Source of the DNA: Candidatus Wolfebacteria bacterium
GTDB lineage: Bacteria; Patescibacteriota; Minisyncoccia; Phycocordibacterales; NVSU01
Length of the DNA stretch: 54,153 bases
Direction of reading: 5' to 3'
Assembly (NCBI GenBank): GCA_002401345.1
Contig: NVSU01000005.1
Span: forward strand, 1 to 54,153
Shown here: positions 16,005 to 24,268 of the stretch, in pieces
Layout: every line of letters starts with the position of its first letter
How positions within the stretch are numbered: the first letter of the stretch is position 1
Notes under the pieces: model-generated
What the model was told of the DNA's origin: nothing
The model's database searches: none
What the model saw: the letters and a program-made list of their open reading frames with translations, nothing else
Translations under genes and position numbers: made by a program

Positions 16005-16253
16005 CCCCGCCCCCTATGCTTTATGTTATACGTTTATATATTAAAATGGAAAAGTACTGGCGATTTATACATAGGATATACAAATGATCTCAAACGAAGA
16101 ATGAGGGAGCATAATAATGAAGCGTCTTGTACTATAATTTATTATGAAGCCTATCAAACTGAGGATTTAGCTCGAGATCGAGAGAGGAAGCTTAAACACT
16201 ATGGTAGCTCTTGGAGAGCTCTCGGAAAGCGAATAACTTCCTAGGGGGCGGGG
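16005..16253 (+). mobile_element. GIY-YIG mini-cassette bounded by a 12-nt GC inverted repeat
   Basis: ccccgcccccta (16005-16016) and tagggggcgggg (16242-16253). The right repeat contains the TAG stop of the enclosed gene. Confidence 0.7.
16023..16244 (+). CDS. GIY-YIG nuclease family protein (UPF0213/YhbQ-like)
   Basis: 73 aa. YVYIL..GDLYIGYTNDLKRRMREH matches the GIY-(X10)-YIG plus R..H core. Confidence 0.8.
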   Translation: MLYVYILKWKSTGDLYIGYTNDLKRRMREHNNEASCTIIYYEAYQTEDLARDRERKLKHYGSSWRALGKRITS

Positions 16254-16295
16254 ATACTCAAAATTAATATTCATTATCATTCATTAAATTTTGGT

Positions 16296-16823
16296 ATGAG
16301 TGGACATAATAAATGGTCAAAAATTAAACACAAAAAAGCAGCAACTGATGCAGTAAAGAGCAAAATCTTCTCTAAGCTTGTTCGTCTTATTACAGTGGAA
16401 GCTAAACTATCAGGAGGAGACACAAATTCTCCGGGATTGCGTATGGCAATGGATAAAGCAAGAGCTGCCAACATGCCTTCAGACAACATTGATCGAGCAA
16501 TAAAAAAAGCCAATGAAAGTTCTGAGAATATGGAGAATGTCACATACGAAGCATATGGACCTGGAGGAGTAGGACTCATAATTGAGGGACTTACCTCAAA
16601 TAGAAATAAAGCTGCTGCAGAAATCAGGCATATTCTTTCCAAAAATAATGCATCACTTGGTGCTCAAGGTTCTGTGTCATGGGGATTTACAAAAGAAAAT
16701 ATGGAATGGAAACCAAGTACGACTATTGATCTCTCAGATGAAGATCTAGAAAAACTCTCAAAACTAGTGGATGCACTTGAGGATAATGACGAAGTACAAG
16801 AAGTATTCACGAATGCTGAATAA
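16296..16823 (+). CDS. yebC: YebC/PmpR-family regulator, short form
   Basis: MSGHNKWSKIKHKKA, NMPSDNIDRAIKKA, YEAYGPGGVGLIIE and a C-terminal LVDALEDNDEVQEVFTNAE. Only 175 aa, because the middle domain of canonical YebC appears absent. Confidence 0.85.
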   Translation: MSGHNKWSKIKHKKAATDAVKSKIFSKLVRLITVEAKLSGGDTNSPGLRMAMDKARAANMPSDNIDRAIKKANESSENMENVTYEAYGPGGVGLIIEGLTSNRNKAAAEIRHILSKNNASLGAQGSVSWGFTKENMEWKPSTTIDLSDEDLEKLSKLVDALEDNDEVQEVFTNAE

Positions 16824-16855
16824 AGATTCAAATACAATATTGGGGGAAATATAAA

Positions 16856-16887
16856 ATCCCGACATTTCTTTTAAGAAATGTCGGGAT
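16856..16887. terminator. Hairpin between convergent genes (bidirectional terminator)
   Basis: atcccgacatttct-tttaag... 13-bp stem (atcccgacatttc / gaaatgtcgggat). Confidence 0.6.
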
Positions 16888-16907
16888 AAGTTCAAGGTGT
16901 TTAAGTG

Positions 16908-17561
16908 CTATCTGCGTCTGGAAAAGACAAGAAAACTTTCTTGACCAAACCATGTACACTTATCATACACATGCATACCCCACCCGTCACCAAAATCTGC
17001 GATGTCATACATAGATTGACAAGTTGCAAACATTCTAATTCCATTTATATAAATTGGAAACATATTTAAATTACCATCTGTTAACAACTTCCCTATCTCC
17101 AAATTTGACTGTTTTGAAAAAAGATGAATCCAAGCCATACCAAGTTCTATATTTGAGAGTGGTTCAGGATGGATATGGCGTGAAATTTCATTATCATTTG
17201 TGGGTCCGATTACTTGGTAAATATTAAGCCAAAACCCAGGGTGTGATTTAATTTTCCTAAGGTCATTACCAATACATCTATAATAGGTATTTGTATGCCG
17301 AAGGTTGGCAACTGCCTTACTTTTGTTCATGCTCAAAAGATCTTTGAGGTCAACTTGCTTGATTGACGGAATATAAACACTGTCAACAAGCAGTGGGAAA
17401 CTAATTAACCCGCTATCAATTAATATTCCACTTGTATCATAAACTGAATAAGTTGATTTTTGAGTATTGTTTTGATATTCAATCTTCTCATTATCAGACG
17501 TTCCACAGGACGAAATAAAAAGAGGTAATAGTGTGTAGAGAAAAATATGCATATTTTTCAT
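16908..17561 (-). CDS. Lipoprotein, hypothetical
   Basis: 217 aa. Lipobox-like LFISSC. C-terminal ..FATCQSMYDI loosely resembles the SCQTIYDL / SCYNPIRDF ends of the 9534 and 8116 domains. Confidence 0.5.
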   Translation of the reverse strand: MKNMHIFLYTLLPLFISSCGTSDNEKIEYQNNTQKSTYSVYDTSGILIDSGLISFPLLVDSVYIPSIKQVDLKDLLSMNKSKAVANLRHTNTYYRCIGNDLRKIKSHPGFWLNIYQVIGPTNDNEISRHIHPEPLSNIELGMAWIHLFSKQSNLEIGKLLTDGNLNMFPIYINGIRMFATCQSMYDIADFGDGWGMHVYDKCTWFGQESFLVFSRRR

Positions 17562-17607
17562 AAGTATTTGATTTTAAAAGAATTGGACTTTATTTTTATC
17601 TATTTGT

Positions 17608-17635
17608 ATTATATCAAATAAATAAAAAATGTCAA
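17608..17635 (-). promoter_or_regulatory. Sigma70 promoter (TTGACA-N16-TATAAT)
   Basis: tgtcaa at 17630-17635, attata at 17608-17613 (minus-strand reading). Confidence 0.65.
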
Positions 17636-17673
17636 TGTTTCTTGTTTTTATATTTTAATGTTTTAATGTTTAT

Positions 17674-17793
17674 ATGAATCCCGTTAGAGATCACAATGTT
17701 ATGAAAGCGGAATATAGAATTTTAAAAGAAATAATTTACAATAATTACGATAGGTATGAGTTACACGGAAATGTAACCATTTCCTATCTCTAA
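17674..17793 (+). CDS. 39-codon small ORF (MNPV cassette peptide) immediately upstream of ruvC
   Basis: MNPVRDHNVMKAEYRILKEIIYNNYDRYELHGNVTISYL. A same-length homolog lies at 45904-46023. TAA stop, then CGGG, then the ruvC ATG. Confidence 0.4.
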   Translation: MNPVRDHNVMKAEYRILKEIIYNNYDRYELHGNVTISYL

Positions 17794-17799
17794 CGGGAT
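17678..17799 (+). repeat. Inverted repeats of the MNPV cassette (atcccgttagagat / atctctaacgggat)
   Basis: Perfect 14-nt inverted repeat at 17678-17691 and 17786-17799. The right arm overlaps the first two nt of the ruvC start codon. Internal perfect hairpin ggaaatg-taac-catttcc. Confidence 0.8.
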
Positions 17800-18322
17800 G
17801 AAAATATTATCTATAGATCCAGGATATGAGCGCGTTGGTATTGCTATTCTTGAAAAGAATATCAATACGCCAGTTGCTAGAGGCCAGAAGCCAGAGGCTT
17901 TGATATATTCCAGTTGTTTTAAAACGGATGCCGCACTTCTTCTTACTGAACGCATTTCACTCATTGGAAATGAGATTAATCGTGTAATAAAAAAATATTC
18001 ACCAGATGCACTCGCTATAGAAACTCTTTTCTTCACAGTTAATAAAAAAACTGCAATGGGTGTAGCTGAAGCACGTGGAGTAATTATGTATGAATGTTCA
18101 CAGGCTCATCTAAAAATATTTGAATATACTCCTCTTCAAATTAAGATCGCTGTTACAAGTTATGGAAAATCAACAAAAGATCAGGTGATAATGATGACAA
18201 AAAAATTGATCACTATGGATGAATCTATCACTTCAGATGATGAAATCGATGCCATTGCTATTGGATTAACCTGTTTTGCCCACGAAAAATCACTTACCTC
18301 AGCACCAAATTTTACAAAATAA
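17798..18322 (+). CDS. ruvC: Crossover junction endodeoxyribonuclease RuvC
   Basis: MKILSIDPGYERVGIAILE start and the ..DAIAIGL.. catalytic-Asp context. Confidence 0.85.
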   Translation: MKILSIDPGYERVGIAILEKNINTPVARGQKPEALIYSSCFKTDAALLLTERISLIGNEINRVIKKYSPDALAIETLFFTVNKKTAMGVAEARGVIMYECSQAHLKIFEYTPLQIKIAVTSYGKSTKDQVIMMTKKLITMDESITSDDEIDAIAIGLTCFAHEKSLTSAPNFTK

Positions 18323-18478
18323 ACACACAGCAGCCCACTGCGTCCATTGAGGTATGTGCTATTCGCACACGTAGGCTGCGAAATATGTTCGAATATAATC
18401 TTAAAATCAGACTAACTTAAGAAATCCGAGGTAAAATTGGTGCGGGGTTCTCTAATTTTATAGTCGCTTCTCTCCTTA
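18299..18478. repeat. Diverged cassette remnant with a right end like the GIY-YIG relic
   Basis: cagcaccaaatttta (overlapping the ruvC 3' end) pairs with taaaattggtgcgg. The following ggggttctctaattttatagtcgcttctctcctt parallels ggggttctcaaaaaatatatttcgcttctctac at 14614-14647. Confidence 0.4.
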
Positions 18479-18539
18479 AAAGTTAGGAAAAATAAGGGAT
18501 TTTTGTTTATTCACCGGATATCCACAGTTCCAAGATATA

Positions 18540-19763
18540 TTAGACAACTTTTATTTTAAGAAAATGCTTTTTGCCTATTTTAAGTATTATATCGCTCTCT
18601 ATAATTGCCGAACTATCGGCAATTTTTGTTTTTGTTTCTAAATCACTTACCGCACCTTGATCAACGAGTCGTCTAAATTCACTTTTTGATTTTATTAATC
18701 CTTCTTTTGTAAGAATATCTACAAGTTTCTCCCCAGAGACTGCCGTTACTTCTTTTATAGCGTCAGGAATTTTTTTCTTTTGAAATATATTACTAAATTC
18801 TTCTTCAGCCTTCTCTGCGTTTTTTTCTCCATGAATTATTTTTACAATTTCATACGCGGCACGTTTCTTTGATTCAAGAGGATTATTTTTTATATCCATA
18901 TCTTTTATTTCATCCAATGGCACACGTGTAGTATTTATAAAAAGAATTTCAATCATCTCATCTGGTTGTGCCATGATTTCACCATACATTTCTGATGGAA
19001 AAGACTCGAGAAACACTCCTGTACCTCTGCTTTTTGACATCAATTCGCCAGTTTTAGGATTTTCCATCAAATTAACTGCGACTACAAATTTCTCCTTTCC
19101 TTTAAGTCGTTTAAGTAACGTTCGTCCTGCTAAAGAATTAAAAATTTGATCGGTTCCGGACAATTCCGCATCCACCTCCAGTACCACACTATCGTATCCT
19201 TGCATTAAGGGATATAAAAACTCATGAAGAAAGATTGGATTATTGTTTTTTATTCTTTTTTCAAACATGTCTCTCTCCAACATGTGTTGAACTGTAAAGT
19301 TAGAAGCGAGCTCTATTATTTCTTCGAGTGTAAGTTTGGAAAGCCAAGTACTGTTAAATACAATCTTTGGAGGATTTTTTTTATCTGAAAAATCTAATAG
19401 TGGCTTTATTTGTTTTGACCACTCTTTAACATTTTCTTTAACATCTTTCTCTGTTAACTGTGATCTCACATTACTATTATCAGAAGGATCACCAATTCGT
19501 GCAGTAAAATCGCCAAACAATACAATCACCTCATGACCAAGTTTTCTAAATTCCTCAAGGAGCATGTAGTTTTTTGCATGACTCAAGTGTAATGATTTTG
19601 ACGTTGGATCGGCACCTATATAGAGCTTGATTTTCTCTCCTGAGAGAAGCTTTTCTCTAAATTTCTCCTTACTTGGTAAAAAGGTTGTAATAACCCCTCT
19701 ATCAAGTATTTCATCTACTATTTTTTTATCTGTATTGACTTTCATACCTAATAACTTTACCAT
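18540..19763 (-). CDS. tyrS: Tyrosine--tRNA ligase
   Basis: HIGH-like SLHLSHA, KMSKS (LMSKSRGTG) and a C-terminal S4-like domain. Start set at MVKLLG (19763), which lies 5 nt after a GAGGGGGG Shine-Dalgarno sequence. Confidence 0.9.
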   Translation of the reverse strand: MVKLLGMKVNTDKKIVDEILDRGVITTFLPSKEKFREKLLSGEKIKLYIGADPTSKSLHLSHAKNYMLLEEFRKLGHEVIVLFGDFTARIGDPSDNSNVRSQLTEKDVKENVKEWSKQIKPLLDFSDKKNPPKIVFNSTWLSKLTLEEIIELASNFTVQHMLERDMFEKRIKNNNPIFLHEFLYPLMQGYDSVVLEVDAELSGTDQIFNSLAGRTLLKRLKGKEKFVVAVNLMENPKTGELMSKSRGTGVFLESFPSEMYGEIMAQPDEMIEILFINTTRVPLDEIKDMDIKNNPLESKKRAAYEIVKIIHGEKNAEKAEEEFSNIFQKKKIPDAIKEVTAVSGEKLVDILTKEGLIKSKSEFRRLVDQGAVSDLETKTKIADSSAIIESDIILKIGKKHFLKIKVV

Positions 19764-19808
19764 ACTAGCCCCCCTCATAATACTATATAAGGACATTCAT
19801 ATGGTATT

Positions 19809-22340
19809 ATGTACATAATTATGGCAAAACAACAAAAATTTAAAACTTTTATAAAAAATGGAGTGCTCTTTGGAATAAGCGTAGGGTTTATTGCCACTGC
19901 TATTGTTATTTTTTCTTTTGGAGCTTCCAAAATACCTGATTTTGAATCGTTTGATGAACGAAAAGTAGCTCGTTCAACAAAAATCTATGATCGGACTGGA
20001 GAAATAGTACTCTTTAATATCCACGAAGATATCAAACGTACAGTGCTTCCATTTGAAGAAATGGGGGTATATATAAAAAATGCATCTGTCGCTATTGAAG
20101 ATTCTGAATTCTATAACCACCGTGGAATACGTCCCAAAGCAATTCTTCGAGCGGTGTGGGTCAATCTTACAAGCGGACAACTCAAACAAGGTGGTTCTAC
20201 TATAACTCAACAAATTGTTAAAAATACACTTCTTACTCGAGAAAAAACAATCGTGAGGAAATTAAAAGAGTGGAGCCTTTCATTAAAGATTGAACAAGTA
20301 ATGACTAAGGAAGAAATTCTTGGAATATATTTGAATGAAGCACCGTATGGAGGAAATATATATGGGATTCAGGAAGCATCAAATTCTTTTTTTGGTGTTG
20401 ATCCTGTAGATCTGACACTTGCACAGGCATCATACTTAGCAGGTATCCCTAAAGCTCCTACATTTTTTTCTCCCTACGGAAAAAATACAGATAAATTAGA
20501 GGCACGAAAAAATACTGTGCTTAAAAGAATGTTTGATCTTGAGTTTATTACCCAGGAAGAATTAGAGTCGGCATTGAATGAAAAAGTAGAATTTCAACCA
20601 CCTCAACAATTTGGTATTCAGGCACCTCATTTTGTATTCTTTGTTCGAGAATATTTAGAAAATAAATATGGAAAAGATGTCGTAGAACAAGGCGGACTAA
20701 AAGTGATCACATCACTCGACTTTGATCTACAGCAGAAGGCCGAAGAAATAGTCCTCAGACACGCTCTGAAGAACGAGGCCGACTGGGATGCATCAAATGC
20801 GGGATTAGTTGCTATAGATCCAAAAACGGGCCAAATATTAACAATGGTTGGATCTCGTAATTACTTTGATGAAGAAATCGATGGGAATTTTAATATTGCG
20901 GTGGCAGAGAGACAACCTGGTTCTTCATTCAAGCCATTTATATATGCGACTGCATATAATAAAGGATACACACCAGATACTGTGCTATTTAATCTTCGTA
21001 CAGAATTTCAACTCACATGTGACATACATGGAAATGCACTTCCCGGACAAGACCAAGAAGAGTGTTATAGTCCTTCAAACTTCAATGATGTATATAGTGG
21101 ACCCATTACCACACGAGACGCACTAGGACAATCAGTGAACGTAGCTTCAGTTAAACTTTTATACTTAGCTGGACTTAATGATTCTGTTAAAACTGCAAAA
21201 AATATGGGAATTAAAACTTTGGGTGATCCAAATACATATGGACTCACACTTGCACTTGGAGGTGGAGAAGTTTCACTATTGGATATGACATCTGCGTACT
21301 CTACTTTTGCAACAGGAGGTATTCATCATGATTTTAAAAGTATTCTTCTTGTAGAAGATTCTGAAGGTAATGTACTAGAACAATATAGAGATACGAGTCA
21401 AAGAGCACTTCCTAAAAACACTGCACTTCTAATATCAGATGTACTTTCTGATAATGAAGCTCGAACACCTCTCTTTGGTGCAAATTCATTTATGTATTTT
21501 GGAGAAAATAGAGATGTTGCTGGAAAAACTGGAACTACAAATGATAATCGTGATGCGTGGATGCTTGGGTATAGTCCCAATATTGCAGTCGGAGTGTGGT
21601 CTGGTAATAATGACAACTCCCCAATGAAAAAAGGATCTTCAATCTCAGGACGACTGTGGAGAGAGTTTATGGATGTTGCGCTTGCAAAACTTCCTAATGA
21701 ACAATTTGAATCTCCTATAATTACATATGATACTCCTGACACAAAACCTATATTACGCGGTATATGGCAAGGTAACGATATAGTAACAATAGACACTGTA
21801 TCAGGAAAATTAGCTACTGAACTTACTCCAAAAGAAACACTTAAAGAACTCGTGATTACAAATGTTCACTCTATTCTTTATTGGATAGATAAAAAAAATC
21901 CAACTGGAGATATTCCAACGGATCCATTTGTTGATAAGCAAACAGAGAGATGGGAAGAACTTGTTGCAAATTGGTGGCAGGCTAATGCGTCATTAAATAA
22001 TACTATTGATGAAAGTGATATCCCTACTGAATTTGATGATGTACATACTATTGAAAATCAACCAATTGCTTCTATAGTAGGAATAGATGAAAGTAGAATA
22101 TATAATCAAAACGAACAAATTACATTATCTCTAGATTATTCTGGTGCATTTCCATTACAAAAAATTGATGTGTTTGTGAATAATACATACGTAGGATCAG
22201 ATTCGACATTACCATATAACTATACATTCAATCTTTCAGATATAAATAACATAACTTCAGCTACTCAGATAAAGATAGTTGGATTTGATTCAATATTCAA
22301 CAATGTCTCCAATACTTCAGTTGTTCAGGTAAATATATAA
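19809..22340 (+). CDS. Class A penicillin-binding protein (PBP1A family) with a C-terminal extension of about 200 aa
   Basis: GT51 motifs EDSEFYNHRGI and GGSTITQQ. Transpeptidase motifs SSFKP and KTGTTND. N-terminal TM. The start could be 19809 or 19821. Confidence 0.9.
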   Translation: MYIIMAKQQKFKTFIKNGVLFGISVGFIATAIVIFSFGASKIPDFESFDERKVARSTKIYDRTGEIVLFNIHEDIKRTVLPFEEMGVYIKNASVAIEDSEFYNHRGIRPKAILRAVWVNLTSGQLKQGGSTITQQIVKNTLLTREKTIVRKLKEWSLSLKIEQVMTKEEILGIYLNEAPYGGNIYGIQEASNSFFGVDPVDLTLAQASYLAGIPKAPTFFSPYGKNTDKLEARKNTVLKRMFDLEFITQEELESALNEKVEFQPPQQFGIQAPHFVFFVREYLENKYGKDVVEQGGLKVITSLDFDLQQKAEEIVLRHALKNEADWDASNAGLVAIDPKTGQILTMVGSRNYFDEEIDGNFNIAVAERQPGSSFKPFIYATAYNKGYTPDTVLFNLRTEFQLTCDIHGNALPGQDQEECYSPSNFNDVYSGPITTRDALGQSVNVASVKLLYLAGLNDSVKTAKNMGIKTLGDPNTYGLTLALGGGEVSLLDMTSAYSTFATGGIHHDFKSILLVEDSEGNVLEQYRDTSQRALPKNTALLISDVLSDNEARTPLFGANSFMYFGENRDVAGKTGTTNDNRDAWMLGYSPNIAVGVWSGNNDNSPMKKGSSISGRLWREFMDVALAKLPNEQFESPIITYDTPDTKPILRGIWQGNDIVTIDTVSGKLATELTPKETLKELVITNVHSILYWIDKKNPTGDIPTDPFVDKQTERWEELVANWWQANASLNNTIDESDIPTEFDDVHTIENQPIASIVGIDESRIYNQNEQITLSLDYSGAFPLQKIDVFVNNTYVGSDSTLPYNYTFNLSDINNITSATQIKIVGFDSIFNNVSNTSVVQVNI

Positions 22341-22342
22341 AT

Positions 22343-22370
22343 TTGACAAATTAATTATATATTATATAAT
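22343..22370 (+). promoter_or_regulatory. Sigma70 promoter (TTGACA-N16-TATAAT)
   Basis: Both hexamers are perfect consensus, about 50 nt upstream of the 22419 ORF. Confidence 0.6.
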
Positions 22371-22418
22371 AATAAAAGATAAGTAAATTCATAATTTTTA
22401 ACTTTTAATCTTTTAATC

Positions 22419-22601
22419 ATGTCAATTAAAAAACTTAAAAAAGATCTGGAAAACAGAAAAATTGAAATAGAACAGCTAGTAAAAATAATAAACGATCAAC
22501 TCTCAAGGAAAAAGGTATGGGAATTATCTCAAATTACTATCCCTGAATCCGGTGGCAGAATCCACTATTCTATTGATTATACAGAATGGGATCAAGATTA
22601 A
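22419..22601 (+). CDS. Small hypothetical protein (60 aa)
   Basis: ORF framed by a consensus promoter and a strong terminator. No family recognised. Confidence 0.35.
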   Translation: MSIKKLKKDLENRKIEIEQLVKIINDQLSRKKVWELSQITIPESGGRIHYSIDYTEWDQD

Positions 22602-22610
22602 TAAAAAAAC

Positions 22611-22644
22611 AAAGTACTCAAATAATATTTGAGTACTTTTATTT
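22611..22644. terminator. Bidirectional terminator
   Basis: aaagtactcaaata / tatttgagtacttt near-perfect palindrome flanked by A- and T-runs. Confidence 0.7.
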
Positions 22645-22896
22645 TATATCATTTATTATTTTATTTGTTATACGACTCCGTAATGTAGTTAATATACTAT
22701 CTTTTTTAAGATACATTTCATTCTTTATTATTGGATTTGTTTTAATATAGAGTATTTTGTTTTGTATCTTAATGTCTCCTGACTTTAATTCTACTCCAAT
22801 ACTCTCCTGTATAGTTTTTATAATAGTATCTATTATTTCTCTATCATCCTTGAGAATTCTCTTAAATTTATCTAAGAATGAATGTAATGCCTTCAT
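22639..22896 (-). CDS. DUF721 / DciA-like protein
   Basis: 85 aa directly downstream of dnaN. The pattern ..GDIKIQNKILYIKTNPIIKNEMYLKKDSIL.. resembles the DUF721 core. Position-based plus weak motif support. Confidence 0.4.
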   Translation of the reverse strand: MKALHSFLDKFKRILKDDREIIDTIIKTIQESIGVELKSGDIKIQNKILYIKTNPIIKNEMYLKKDSILTTLRSRITNKIINDIK

Positions 22897-22905
22897 ATGA
22901 TTATA

Positions 22906-24003
22906 TTATCTGTTCATTGGCATAATAAGGTATGTGAATGAATTATCAGATTGACCTTTAATTACAAGAGGTTTATTTTCCCCATTTAAATTAATTATAA
23001 TACTATCATGAGGTAATGATTGGAATGCATCCATAAAGTATTTAAAATTAAAACTCACATCTATATCATCCCCTGTAAGCGCTGCACTTACTTGGGTATT
23101 ATTCTCTCCTACATCAGCGTTTTTTGATTGCAGTTCAAATAATTTCTCAACTGGCTTCACACGCAGTGTTATTTGATTAAATTTATCAGAAAAAATATTG
23201 GACAATTTTAATGCATTCAGTAAATCAGTTTTTAATACTATTGCCTCTGTGGTATGTGTCTTAGGAATTATTTGCTTGTAATCAGGAAATACTCCATCGA
23301 TAATTCGTGATGATAAATATATACCATTTCCTGAAAACGATATTTGATTTTCACTAAATGTAATTTCAAGATCAGACTGCATATTGTCGAAAAGTCTAAT
23401 AATTTCAGGGATATTTTTAAATGGAATAATAATATTTTTAAATTCCCCTATCTTTTTAACTGGAATCTTCTTCTCAGCTAATCTAAATGAATCAGTAGAT
23501 ACAAATACAAGGAAATCTTCTTCAGAATATATATACACGCTTGAAATTTCTGGTTTTATATCTGAAACGGCAGCACTATAAAATACAGATTTCATACCAT
23601 CAATAAATTTATTAGCAGGAATGGTAATACTAGTACCAGTTACCATTGGTATAGTAGGGAAATCATCGTGAGGGTAATTTTTTACAAGAATACTGTTATT
23701 TGATGTTTGAATTGAAAGATTATCATTAATCAATTCAAGGTATACATTTTCATTCTGATTTATAGAAGAAAAAATATTTGATACTACACTTCCCTGAAGT
23801 GCTGCAACTCCCTCTTTTTCCACTTTAGCGGGAATTTCTATCTCAATACCCAAACTTAGGTTTGTTGCACGAATTTTAAGTTTTTTATCTGTGGCAATAA
23901 GTAATACAGAACTCAAAATAGGTAAGCTTAAATTTTTACCTGTAATTCGATCTGCTTGAGAAATTGCATTTTTTAGTTTTTCTATTGAACATTCTACTTT
24001 CAT
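22906..24003 (-). CDS. dnaN: DNA polymerase III beta sliding clamp
   Basis: 365 aa with a three-domain clamp-like pattern, directly downstream of dnaA. C-terminal ..YLIMPMN. Confidence 0.9.
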   Translation of the reverse strand: MKVECSIEKLKNAISQADRITGKNLSLPILSSVLLIATDKKLKIRATNLSLGIEIEIPAKVEKEGVAALQGSVVSNIFSSINQNENVYLELINDNLSIQTSNNSILVKNYPHDDFPTIPMVTGTSITIPANKFIDGMKSVFYSAAVSDIKPEISSVYIYSEEDFLVFVSTDSFRLAEKKIPVKKIGEFKNIIIPFKNIPEIIRLFDNMQSDLEITFSENQISFSGNGIYLSSRIIDGVFPDYKQIIPKTHTTEAIVLKTDLLNALKLSNIFSDKFNQITLRVKPVEKLFELQSKNADVGENNTQVSAALTGDDIDVSFNFKYFMDAFQSLPHDSIIINLNGENKPLVIKGQSDNSFTYLIMPMNR

Positions 24004-24268
24004 ATTTTCGTTTTCATTTAATTTATAATTATTTATATATAAAATATTATTATTACTATTAGGGCTGTTGATATGTGTATAAGTTGTAAATCATATTATA
24101 TTTATTGAGTATTTAGAGAATTTATTTTTATAATATGTGAACAAAAAATAATTACTTGTGCATTACTATTATATTATTTTTTTATGGTCATACTTTTACT
24201 TTTTTATGCACATTTTTTATTTATTTTATTCAGTAGTTATTTGTAATTTATTAACAGTCTTGTACACA
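24004..24268. other. Candidate oriC (dnaA-dnaN intergenic, extremely AT-rich, degenerate DnaA boxes)
   Basis: TGTGTATAA at 24074-24082 (1 mismatch), TTATGCACA at 24204-24212 (1 mismatch), TGTGAACAA at 24136-24144 and TTGTACACA at 24260-24268 (2 mismatches each). Long A/T tracts. Confidence 0.5.

Noticed and set aside
18387-18394. gttcgaat string suggestive of a tRNA T-loop. More generally, I searched the intergenic spacers for tRNA or rRNA genes.
   Set aside because: The flanking bases do not form a T-stem (atatg versus ataat), and no acceptor or anticodon arms can be drawn. I found no convincing tRNA, rRNA or tmRNA in any spacer.
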